From: Octopus vulgaris
Taxonomy: Eukaryota
Length of the DNA: 64,000 bases
Assembly: GCA_951406725.2 (NCBI GenBank)
Contig: OX597824.1
Location: 95,170,001 to 95,234,000 of the forward strand
Direction: 5' to 3'
Position 1 is the first letter of the stretch, and every line of letters begins with the position of its first letter. Under the pieces are notes generated by a model that was not told where the DNA came from, did no database searches, and was given only the letters and a program-made list of their open reading frames with translations. A program made the translations under genes and the position numbers. Positions 38,801 to 49,048 of this stretch are shown in pieces.

Positions 38801-38978
38801 AATTAAGTGACTAAAATATTGCAAAACTTTACAGTTAATAATTATAATTAATATAGTAATGCCATTTTGCATACATGGAATCTACTTACCAACAGTCGTC
38901 GACAAAGGCTTGACGATTTTCCAGAAGGAAAGTTAAGATAATCACAGTAAGGCTTGCAAAAAAAATAACTAAGGTCAT
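22490..38978 (-). CDS. PLD3: PLD3/PLD4-like phospholipase D-superfamily protein, paralog B (435 aa, 9 coding exons, divergent active-site residues)
   Basis: Exons 38978-38890, 38196-38016, 37194-37071, 34875-34742, 33114-32917, 29172-29033, 25759-25597, 23477-23375, 22665-22490; all GT-AG with matching phases, 1308 nt. Motifs IASFHWTL, HTKIWIID, SPPAFCANGRTGDIDAI, FWPIID, HNKFMVTD, VFQRDWNSKY. Confidence 0.92.
23375..23477 (-). CDS. PLD3: PLD3-like B exon 8 (second HKD motif)
   Basis: KMLEVPYFTKEQKEIPSLCINHNKFMVTDTDAFI; 103 nt. Confidence 0.93.
24168..24400 (-). mobile_element. SINE (ggcggcgagctggcagaaacgttagc family) with a 17-bp target-site duplication
   Basis: taaaatgcgctgaatat at 24151 and 24401; many copies of this family across the window (e.g. 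4830-5920 cluster, 7950-8182, 29477-29706, 31060-31465, 43770-44150). Confidence 0.85.
25597..25759 (-). CDS. PLD3: PLD3-like B exon 7
   Basis: FWPIIDRALRNVSFTKGIEVFLLGSHWKH...KMQV; 163 nt. Confidence 0.92.
25994..26530 (+). mobile_element. 5'-truncated R4/Dong-like non-LTR element (restriction-like endonuclease domain) inside a (TAA)n array
   Basis: NRPDIVVRD..FLIDVSIPADDNVSLKEMEKLSKYKDLEIEVTRMW..IPIIIGA..IQKIALLGTAHILRRTL; (TAA)n on both flanks. Confidence 0.8.
27891..28210. repeat. AT-rich fold-back palindrome (arms about 145 bp)
   Basis: aaattagaaaaaaccaccttttatcaattcaaaatg... / ...cattttgaattgataaaaggtggtttttttctaattt. Confidence 0.9.
28521..28757. repeat. Inverted repeat (arms about 73 bp) overlapping a hammerhead motif
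   Basis: taagaaaaataaaaacggaaaatacgcacacttacatgg...gtttcg / cgaaaccg...ccatgtaagtgtgcgtattttccgtttttatttttctta. Confidence 0.9.
28578..28614 (-). ncRNA. Minimal hammerhead motif, A3-U8 core variant
   Basis: UGUAUC-AUGAAUA-GCGAUUGC-GAA-ACCGGU-C-GAUACA. Confidence 0.55.
29033..29172 (-). CDS. PLD3: PLD3-like B exon 6
   Basis: ISPPAFCANGRTGDIDAILDVINSAKKFIHIAVMDYAPALEFQHPP; 140 nt. Confidence 0.93.
32917..33114 (-). CDS. PLD3: PLD3-like B exon 5
   Basis: VKDLGVIISNCKSLAEDMGKIFDTFWYL...VYLS; 198 nt. Confidence 0.93.
33245..34130 (-). mobile_element. Mariner remnant interrupted by two MITEs
   Basis: LKGKKFQDIEEIQENA..WKQCWIKCVASEGVYF; TIR-like tacaaggtttgatcaaaaagtatc at 33245 resembles the terminus at 52208. 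Confidence 0.65.
34742..34875 (-). CDS. PLD3: PLD3-like B exon 4 (first HKD motif)
   Basis: GIMHTKIWIIDRRHFYIGSSNLNWRSLAQ; 134 nt. Confidence 0.94.
35637..36548 (+). mobile_element. tRNA-derived SINE (aggcgcaggagtggctgtgtgg family) with a nested (ATG)n-tailed element carrying internal tandem repeats
   Basis: Head 35637-35800, insert 35852-36347, tail 36348-36548; other copies at 19630-19995, 26886-27285, 40886-41272, 42285-42660 (-), 51445-51828 (-), 53720-54118. Confidence 0.85.
37071..37194 (-). CDS. PLD3: PLD3-like B exon 3
   Basis: DTNLFQHLLSAGKNRNVEIKLL...; 124 nt; AG/GT. Confidence 0.9.
38016..38196 (-). CDS. PLD3: PLD3-like B exon 2
   Basis: ISLVETVPKDMTY...IEIASFHWTLDAQD; 181 nt; AG/GT. 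Confidence 0.92.
38428..38472 (-). ncRNA. Type I hammerhead ribozyme motif (canonical C3-G8 core)
   Basis: UCUGUG-CUGAUGA-AGGGAAAUAACCUG-GAA-AUCGCGAU-A-CACAGA: 6-bp stem I, complete core, palindromic stem III, AUA cleavage triplet. Confidence 0.7.
38890..38978 (-). CDS. PLD3: PLD3-like B coding exon 1 (signal peptide/anchor MTLVIFFASLTVIILTFLLENRQAFVDDC)
   Basis: acaATG with in-frame upstream stops; acceptor at 39016-39017; gtaagt donor; phase 2 joins the next exon. Confidence 0.8.
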
Positions 38979-39702
38979 TGTTCAAGCCTTTGATGCAGCT
39001 CACTTCATTAGCAATCTATAAAAAAACAACAACAAAATTTCATGAATATATACATAATTTATCATATGTGTGTGTGTGTGTGTGTGTGCGTGTGTATGCA
39101 CGTGTATGTGTATGTATGTAGGTGTGTGTGTGTGTATACTCTGCTGAGTGGTTGGTGTTAGGTAGGGCATCCAGCTGTAAAAACCCACCCAAAACAGCTA
39201 TAGAAGTCTAGTGCAGGCTCCTGCCTGGCCAGCTCCTTGCAAACCGTCCAACCCATGCCAGGATGGAAGGCGGATGCTGAATAATGATGATGATAATGAT
39301 GCTGATCATATGTGTGTGTGTGTGTGCGTGCGTGTATATAAGTGTATATATATATATAAATAAATATATATATATATATTTGTGCTGGTGGCACTTAAAA
39401 AGCACCAACCGATCGTAGCTGTTGCCAGCCTCACCTGGCCCCTATGCCAGTGGCACGTAAAAAGCACCCACTACACTCACGGAGTGGTTGGTGTTAGGAA
39501 GGGCATCCAGCCGTAGAAACACTGCCAGATCAGATTGGAGCCTGGTGCAGCCTTCTGGCCTCCCAGACCCCAGTCGAACTGTCCAACCCATGCTAGCATG
39601 GAAAACGGACGTTAAACGATGATGATGATGATATATATATGTCTGTGTATGTATGTATGTGCGTGTGTGTGTGTTTAAATATGAATATATATATATTTTA
39701 AA

Positions 39703-39822
<120 letters not shown>

Positions 39823-42800
39823 CAGACAGACAGACATGTAGTTAGGTAGGTAAGTAGGTATGTAGGTAGTTAGGCAAACAGACAGACAGATAGATTAAAG
39901 ATAGATAGCTAGATAGATATGATCAGGATTTATGGCGTACCCAGACTTCAGCATAAAGAAATTAGTAACAGCCATGTAGTGTACAATAACAGTAAATGTG
40001 TCAAGATTGATTTACGATTTAAAGATACAGATATGCCCATGACACCCGGTTACACACTATGGAAGGATGGATGTGTGTGTAGAGCTAGAAATGTTGTGGT
40101 GTATATAAAGAAAGAATGTTTAATACCCATAGGAGAACGTGATCATATTTGGGTATTTTAAATTTAAAGTTTCACGTTTCCACAGCGTTATAGTTCAAAA
40201 ATAAGGAACTATAATGTTCATAGGTCACCATTTGTAATGATGTGGTGTGGAAAGAAGAATGGTAAAATATGAATAAGTTGAAAAAGGGATGATTTATTCC
40301 TCTCATTATATTAATGGAAGATTACCAACGGGAATAATTTTAATACAACAGTCTAGAACAAACATTCAAATGACTACTGTGGTCTGCTGTCTGTTACTGT
40401 AATGATGAGGACGGGCTATGGTTGTTGATGTCTAAATTGCAATCAACTTCTTTATAACTTTTCATCTCTTTACTTGTTTCGACAATTGTACTGTGGCCAT
40501 GCTCGGGCACTGCCTTGAAACATTTAGGCAAAACAAATCGACCATGGTACTTGTTTTTTTTTTTAATTATTATTTTTAAATTATGTCTGGTACCTGTTTT
40601 ATCGTTCTCTCCCACACAGTTCCTGTTTATCAAATTCACTTAAAAGGCACTGGTCGACCCGTATCTATAATAGAAGACACTTGCCCAAGGTGCCGCGCGA
40701 TGGGACTGGACCATGTGATTGCAAAAAGGGGCTTCTTAACCAGTCACGAAGATACATGGCATGAACCCATACTTCGAGCTGTGACAGAGCATTGGAAATA
40801 TGCAAGACATTTCTTTAAAATCGGTACAATTGTTGATGTTCTTTAATTCCAAGAATGGAGATTTGTTTCTTAATAATCAATATCATAGACGCAGGAGTGA
40901 CTGTGTAGTAAGTAGCTTGCTAACCAACCACATGGTTCCGGGTTCAGTCCCACTGCGTGGCATCTTGGGCAAGTGTCTTCTGCTATAGCCCCGGGTCGAC
41001 CAAAGCCTTGTGAGTGGATTTGGTAGACGGAAACTGAAAGAAGCCTGTCGTATATATGTATATATATATATGTTTGTGTGTCTGTGTTTGTCCCCCTAGC
41101 ATTGCTTGACAACCGATGCTGGTATGTTTACGTCCCCGTCACTTAGCGGTTCGGCAAAAGAGACCGATAAAATAAGTACTGGGCTTACAAAGAATAAGTC
41201 CCGGGTCGATTTGCTCGACTAAAGGCGGTGCTCCAGCATGGCCGCAGTCAAATGACTGAAACAAGTAAAAGAGTATCATATAAATGAAATAGAGATTTTG
41301 AAACTCTGACTCTAACAGGAACATATTGACGGAATGAATGAATGAATGGATGAGTGTGTGTGTACGCACGCATGCAAGTCTCTTCAAATACAGAAGACAT
41401 CTACGGATCACAAATAAATGTTTACGAATTCAATACTTGAAGTATACTTTAAGCTTGATATTCACTAACAACAGAGCGACCCGCTCGAATCAAAGTATAG
41501 TTTAACTCAGGTTCTTGAAGAAAGAATTTAACCCCCTTATTATTGATACGTTACAGATGATCTCCAGATCAAAGATCTGCAGGACCTTGAAATTTAGCAG
41601 AGGAAGAACAGAAAAGATAATGCAAATTTACCGCCGGACAGGTGGGCCATTTAAAATTCACGCCGACAATCCAATCAGGAAGAGAAACCACAAATAAGTT
41701 CGCACGAATAAACTCGTGTGGAATAGAACTTCAAGAGAATTTCAAGAGCTGAGAAATACTTGTTGCATCCAACTTGAGGAATTTTAGTCGAATAAATCGA
41801 CCCCAGTACTTAATTTTTTAAAAGCTGGTTCTTATTCTATACCTGTCCCTTTTGCCGAACCACTAAGTTACGAGGAACTTCTTGAATTTTGATTTGAGCT
41901 TGAAAGTCAATGTCGGATTTCATTCATCCTTCCATGATTTCGGATTAAATATGTTAGTTCTTTCAATTGTAAAATATATAAAATAACATAATTGCAGACT
42001 TCTATCACTATTAAAAACCGGAAATTTCTCGAACAGACTATAAATACACTTGTTGCGCTGCATTTAGGCCTCTCAGGTGCTGGCAGAGGAAATTGTAGAA
42101 GCTCTACAACTCTAGAGTAGTGGACACAAGTACGGTCATGAAGTTAAGAGGTTTTTGAAATACTATCTCTAACAGAGACACATTGACGGAATTAATGAGT
42201 GTGTGTGTGTGTGAGTGTGTGTGTGTGTGAGTGTGTGTGTATGTACGTATATATGCATGCATGTAAGTATGCTTACGCTTTTATTGTTTCAGTCATTTGG
42301 TTGTGGCCATGCTGGAGCACCGCCTTTAGTCGAGCAAATCGACCCCAGGACTTATTCTCTGTATGCCCAGTACTTATTCTATCGTTCTGTTTTGCCGAAC
42401 CGCTAAGTTACAGGGACGTAAACACACCAGCATCGGTTGTCAAGCGATGTTGTGGGGGGACAAACACAGACACAAACATATACATACACACACATATATA
42501 CGACAAGCTTCTTTCAGTTTCCGCCTACCAAATCCACTCACAAGGCTTTGGTCAGCCCGAAGCTATAGTAGAAGACACCTGCCCAAGGTGCCACGCAGTG
42601 GGACTGAACCCGGAACCATGTGGTTGGTAAGCAAGCTACTTACCACACAGCCACTCCTACAAACTTTGTTGTGGAAGTCCCTTCAAATACAGGAGAAGAC
42701 ATCTATGGATCTCAGATAAAGGTTTACGAACTATGTGATTTCTAGTTCGAGCCTGCACTTTGGGTTCTGCAATAGTCCCGATTCCCTGACCAGGTGGTCC

Positions 42801-45243
42801 GGTTGTATTATTGAGCAAAGCACTTCATTTCGCGTTGCTTTGCGATCGTTTCGACACCTGACGTGTGGCACCCCGTGCACCTGTATGGAGGGAGCTAATG
42901 TACAACACAAACCTTTATTTGATCACTATAAACAAATCATCTATGAAAGTTGTTAAGCAAGAAGTTGCGGAAGCCTCGTCTGTCGTTTACGATAGGAGAA
43001 TCTACTTTAGTATCGAAACTTAAGCCGAAGTTTGCCAGCCATCCATCCTGTTTTAGAGTGATCATACCTAAATCAGTCCCTGTTTTAACATCGTATCGTG
43101 GCCCTTTAGCGGACTCCGTGGCAAACATTTTATGACCAGATCTTCGGTTTGAGGAAAACTTCTTCCTACTAGTTTACGAGGACTTGACTAATAGGCGTTG
43201 CCCTTCCTCCGCAAACTAGGCCATAAAAATAAATGAAAGTAATAATTAAAAAATTACATGGTATACCAGTAATGACATGACTTATTTTTTTTCAATTGAA
43301 GTTAACTGAATATTTATTATATTGGATATAAAAATGCAAAGATAAATAGAGCGAACATAAAGTGATATGAACAGAAAACCCAATATCAAATACTTGTAAA
43401 CATGACACAGTTTTACAAAGTTTGTGCTTTCTAATGTTACTTAGCCCCACGGCTGGCCCTACAACCAAAGGCGGCCCATCTGGCCCTTTTATATATATCA
43501 GAGACTAGATTGTCTAATGTATGCGCCTTCATATATATATCAATAACGATATGGTGTGGTCAAGGGAAATTTAGCTGCTGTTTCTAAGAACTCGAGTGAC
43601 CACATAAAGGCTCGAGTCTAGTTGGAGTTTTCAATATAAATAAAGCAAGCAGAGAAACACCATAACCATGTGGAAGAATTTCTTGTGACATATTCACTAG
43701 CAGTGCGTGTCCTACTCGCTACAGTTACCAAGCTAAATTCCCCTAAACCACACCATATATATAGCGCTTGCGCCGGGCGAAATGCTTAGCGGTATTTCGT
43801 CTGTCGTTACGTTGTGAGTTCAAATTCCGCCGAGGTCGACTTTGCCTTTCATCCTTTCGGGGTCGATAAATTAAGTACCAGTTACGCACCAGTGCGTAAC
43901 TGGTACTTAATGTAATCGACTTAATACCTATGTCTGTCCTTGTTTGTCCCCTCTGTGTTTAGCCCCTTGTGGGTAATAAAGAAATAGGTATTTCGTCTGT
44001 CGTTACGTTCTGAGTTCAAATTTGCCTTTCATTCTTTCGGGGTCGATAAATTAAGTACCAGTTTCGCACTGGAGTCGATGTAATCGACTTAATCCCTTTG
44101 TCTGTCCTTGCTTGTCCCCTCTATGTTTAGCCCCCTGTGGGCAATAAAGAAATATATAATATATACGCCTGTGTGACATCTGGGTCGTTTAGGCAGTGGC
44201 GGTAATTTTCAAACGTGAATGTCCTTTATTTATTCTGATGTGATAAAATTCAATTTTGTACTAAGAAGTTTTTGGGGATTTGACGATATGTTATAAAGCT
44301 AAACCCTTTATGGACGGGAAAGCTAAGGTAATCCCATAGACCGGCCTTCCTCATTTTTAATATATATGGAGTCGAGTTAGTTTCTCGACTCTGGTTTTCG
44401 TCTGTGAGTGTACAAGTCTTCGTAACTTGCCTGAAGACCCTCAAACAAAACAGTAGCAAGAGAGTGGACTCGATCAAAGGGAACAGAAAAAAAAAATATT
44501 AATCTTCACTATGGTATCGAATGCTCTTTTTCCTCAAAATAAACTTGTGTGCATCCACGCGCGCAAGTACATGCTTTGCAACCACATGGCACAGTTTCGA
44601 TCCCACCGCGCGGCACTTAGGGTAAATGTATTTTATTATAGTCTCGGGTTGACTTGTTGAAATAGTATAGGAGAAACAGCGGACTTCCGGGATAGTTAGC
44701 ACTACCACAGAGGGAAGAGAAATGGCAACGAATTGGAGATCAAAAGTGTAAAAAAAAAAAGCAAATTAAATTTTTTGAAAAAAAAAATAGATTAAAAAAT
44801 TCCCATCCCATGTCTTGCCCCTTTTCTTTCCCCATTGAGGGAGAGACTGATATCGCTTCCGAAAGTCCGCCGACGGAAGTTATATAGGAAACTCTGCGGA
44901 TAGAACTCATGTAATTCAACAGGACAAGCTTATCACACCGTTTCTCCCTGAAAATTACCCTGTCTTAGGAATACTCGACCACGTACACACACAACTCTAC
45001 AGCGTAAGTTCAAATGATCTAACTACAGGAGCGCTCCTGGACGAAACCATTTACTTTTAAATAGAAAACAGTATTAAGAGTAACAATTAATAATTATACG
45101 ATACATTGCTAATTTTCACGCAATTTCGCTAATTTATGATAAATTTGAGGAAAGAAAAAGTCAGTGGAGGCAATAAAATTTACTTTCTGTATGTATGAAA
45201 CTGATAAAAAAAAAAAATAAAATACAGATTTTTGTAGGGACAT

Positions 45244-46029
45244 TTAAGGGCACTTGTTCATTCAGGTGCGGATTTAATCATGCTCCATTCCGACTTATTT
45301 TGCTTTTCGTTTTCCCTAAAGTCTTAGGATTTTTATGTTTTAGCATCGACGATTGAGAATTTCTGCTTTGTTTTAAATCGGACACTGTTTTAAGTTTCTA
45401 TTTTTTTAAAACGAAATATTTTTCCGAATATAAAAGTACTTTTTCTAATATGCCTATATAAATTTTGTGTGCATTTGTAATTACACGTTCATCCTTAATG
45501 AATTTAAACTACAGTATTACAATACTGTTTTTGATATAGAATACATAATATTATTCTGTTGTGTCTGGGGAGAGTAATTTTATTTTTGTGCCTTATAATG
45601 TAACACACTCACCGGTAAAATTTCCACTTATTTCTTATTTTTATTTTCCTGAAATTTTGTTACATTATAAGGCACAAAAAGAAAATGACTCTCCCCAGAC
45701 ACTACAGAATATGCTTCAACACACGAACTCATATAAAGAATCTTGCAAACCAAGTCCAAAAACAAAACATAATATGTTGAAAAGTTATACAGCAATTACA
45801 AGATATTCTTGTTCTTTTTCCGCATCATTAATATATAGATTTAAAAAGTATTAGATTGAAAACGTTAGTTATTTCCCCAAGTTCTTTTTATACTATTTTT
45901 AAAAATTTGTTTTGAAATTTTTTTCACAGATTCTAAATCCCATAATATCCTGAAACAATTTTTAAAAAAGGGGGCGAGCAAGGGTTAAAAATATATAAAC
46001 CATGCTTAAATGAACAAGTGTCCTTTAAG
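45244..46029. mobile_element. Non-autonomous DNA element with TIRs of about 30 bp and TTAA ends (Kolobok-like), containing a nested palindrome at 45552-45711
   Basis: ttaagggcacttgttcattcagg.. vs ..cttaaatgaacaagtgtcctttaa. Confidence 0.55.
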
Positions 46030-46080
46030 TCCCGCAACTCTTACTGAAAAACACTATACATAACCCCAGTGTGTGAATGA

Positions 46081-46123
<43 letters not shown>

Positions 46124-48887
46124 CACATACATTAAGAAAATCTAGTAATGTTTGACGTATAATATGCAGACCTTAGTGGTGCGGGCGCAAAATCGTTAGA
46201 TCTTCAGGTTACGACTAAAAGTTGACACCCAAGAAGTTTCATTAGGTTGACAGTTTTCCTTCGAAGCTCCGTGGTTAAACCGTAAATGCTGTCAATTGAA
46301 ATCAAGCTGACAGCGAGGTATCATCTGCCTATCCTTTTTGATTTTGTGTGTAATACATACATTCAACAATGAAAATAACTGCAGTATTTATTTTAATTGT
46401 CATCAATTCTATTATAAAAGTCGAAGTCACATGACAACCTGTCGATAAAACGAGGGCGTCATGGTTTAACACAATTCCCCGTAGTTAGAATTGAAATAAA
46501 GAAAAATGTTTGCGGGGGTGTATTGTATGAATGCTTTAAAGTCAAAGTTTTAAATTTCAGTAGGTTTCTAGTTAATAAATGAGTCCTGGAACGATGACCC
46601 CTTTGATAAATACTTTCAAATTTTCAACGATTCAAACGCTTGACTGGATTTCTATAAAACTGTGTCAATATTATTCAATACAACCCCAAAAGTTAGGGGG
46701 ACAGGCATAATCTTTGTTCTCTTCCCTGACATTTTTAGTTCAATGCCTGTTAATATAAAATGAAGGCTTTCAATCAAGCGTGATAAAATACTTACCAGAC
46801 AACTCAAGTGGTAAGGTTGCTTCTATTGCCCATACCTGATCAATTCAAACGTACTTCCTACCAATATGAAGCAGTGTATAGAGTGTGTGTGGTGCTGACC
46901 AGCTCCTATTAAACCATCCAACCCATGCCAACATGGAAAGTGGATGTTAAATGATGATATATGAATACCTTGTTCTTTCCTGAGTTAATGTAATGGCATT
47001 TCATGAAATATAGTTTTGAGTACAAATATTATCATTGTTGTAATATCCACTTTTCCATGCTTGCATGGGTTGAATAGAATTTATTGAGACTGATTATCCA
47101 TAGTTGGATGCTCTTTTTCTCACAAAACCCTCACCTGTTTCCAAGCAAAGTAATATTGCCCCATAATAATGGAAATGCATGATATTGCTTGTATGACAGT
47201 TTTATATTCTTGTATTGGATATATAATATAATGAAGCAGGGGGAAAGAAAGTATATACATGGTGCACTACTATTTCTATTACATGAGACTCTACGCTCTA
47301 TATCACGGCTAACAGCGAACGGCTTACCAACACGAAACCCCAATTGCTCACAGTTCTTTGTTTTATAACGAGACAGCCCACCTTCATTCACTTGGGGTGG
47401 TCAGAATCCTTCTACAACAGTGACAAAACTAACGTGATGTTAAGACAAGGAGACACAAATATACACGCATAAAACTGCATATCATCATCATCATCGTTTA
47501 ACGTCCGCTTTCCATGCTAGCATGGGTTGGACGATTTGACTGAGGGCTGGCGAACCAGATGGCTACACCAGGCTTCAGTCTTGATCTGGCAGAGTTTCTA
47601 CGGCTGGATGCCCTTCCTAACGCTAACCACTCCGAGAGTGTAGTGGGTGCTTTTATGTGCCACCGGCACAGGGCCAGTCAGGTGGTACTGGCAACGACCT
47701 CGCTTGAATCTTCCACACTCGGATGGTGTTCTTAGCACCCTACTAGCACAGGGCTCGAATGCCAATAACGCGACGCTGGTAACGATCACATAAGGAACAA
47801 TTAATCTCTAAATATGGCGGATACCTGTGAAAGAGGAAGATGTGGGATGAAGTGATGAAAACTGATCTTCATTCAGATGCTGAGCCTCACAAAGGAGATG
47901 ACAAAGAACTGGGACAATTGGCGATTTGCTGTGTTTGAGAAGATTCACCCAACTGAGTAAAATGAAGGCCATAAAGGCAGGTGTTTCATATCTGTGCACA
48001 CCCACCCTACAATCTATCCCTGAGAAATCTCTCCTCCACATCCCATTTTTCTAAAACCCACCACTGTATTCTCCTCCCTTCAATCCCTCATGCACACAAT
48101 ATGTCCCTCTCAAATCATTTCCGCACAGCATATCCTCTTAATACCCCTTTCCCCTAAATGTGCCCATTCATAACATTCTCCCCTCTCCTTTCGCAATCTC
48201 ACAAACTTACCCACCCACTCTCCAAACCCCAGTCCCCTTCACTGTACACACTTTCCATTAATTTGGTTGTATGCCCCATCACATCACTATCTTGAAAAGA
48301 CATGTCAAGCTAAGTAACAAAGTGCTTACCCTTGCATACAGGCTCGTCCCCTGAAACCCTCTCCAGCTGAGCATCCCTAATTTTGTGGGCTCGTAGGTGG
48401 TGGTACCATGTAAAAACCACCCATGCCAGTGCTGTATAAAAGCACCCAGTACACTCTGTAAAATGGTTGGCATTAAGAAGGGCATCCAGCCATACAAACC
48501 ATGCCAAAACAGACGGGGCCTGAACAGCTCGTCAGCTGGCTGGCTCCCGTCAAACCGTCCAACCCATGCCAGCATGGAAAGTGGACGTTAAATGATGATG
48601 ATGATGATGATGAGAATGAGTGGATGTTTGAGAAGTTACAAAATGGAAGTTGGTATACAGCTGACACTTATGACAAGATTGTATTTATTTAACAAGAAAA
48701 TGTTGTGATGATATTTTTACAGAAATCTATGACAAGTTCTGGTAAATTATTATGAATTTAGAAATCAGAATAATTTAGCTGTTTTGTTTCCTTGAAAGTA
48801 AGAAATGATAACCTGTTGAATTATTTATAATATTACACTTGAGTATAAAATTATATTTTGGAATATTTATTGACATTTATTCTGAGA

Positions 48888-49048
48888 TTATCTTCTTTTT
48901 ACGGGATGTGAATATTTAGAGTTCCAGTCTCTTTGAAAGACATCTTCAAGTTGCTGGCGCAAATTTGGTTTCTTTGTATTTGTTGGTCTGACAATTATTC
49001 CCAAACCTCCTGTGGATGTAAAGTAATCACCGCTCCAGTTGGACGTTC
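48888..49048 (-). CDS. PLD3: PLD3-like A terminal exon
   Basis: GTSNWSGDYFTSTGGLG...VFQRDWNSKYSHPVKRR*; TAA at 48888-48890; AATAAA just downstream. Confidence 0.93.

Noticed and set aside
22490-38978. Paralog B as a pseudogene or an uncollapsed haplotype of A
   Set aside because: No stops or frameshifts and all splice sites are intact; exon divergence (about 30% in exon 4) and unrelated introns are far beyond allelic variation
43549-43758. 28-bp inverted pair (atatggtgtggtcaagggaaatttagct / agctaaattcccctaaaccacaccatat)
   Set aside because: A related sequence occurs near 33590-33650, so these look like fragments of an old dispersed repeat with no evidence of function
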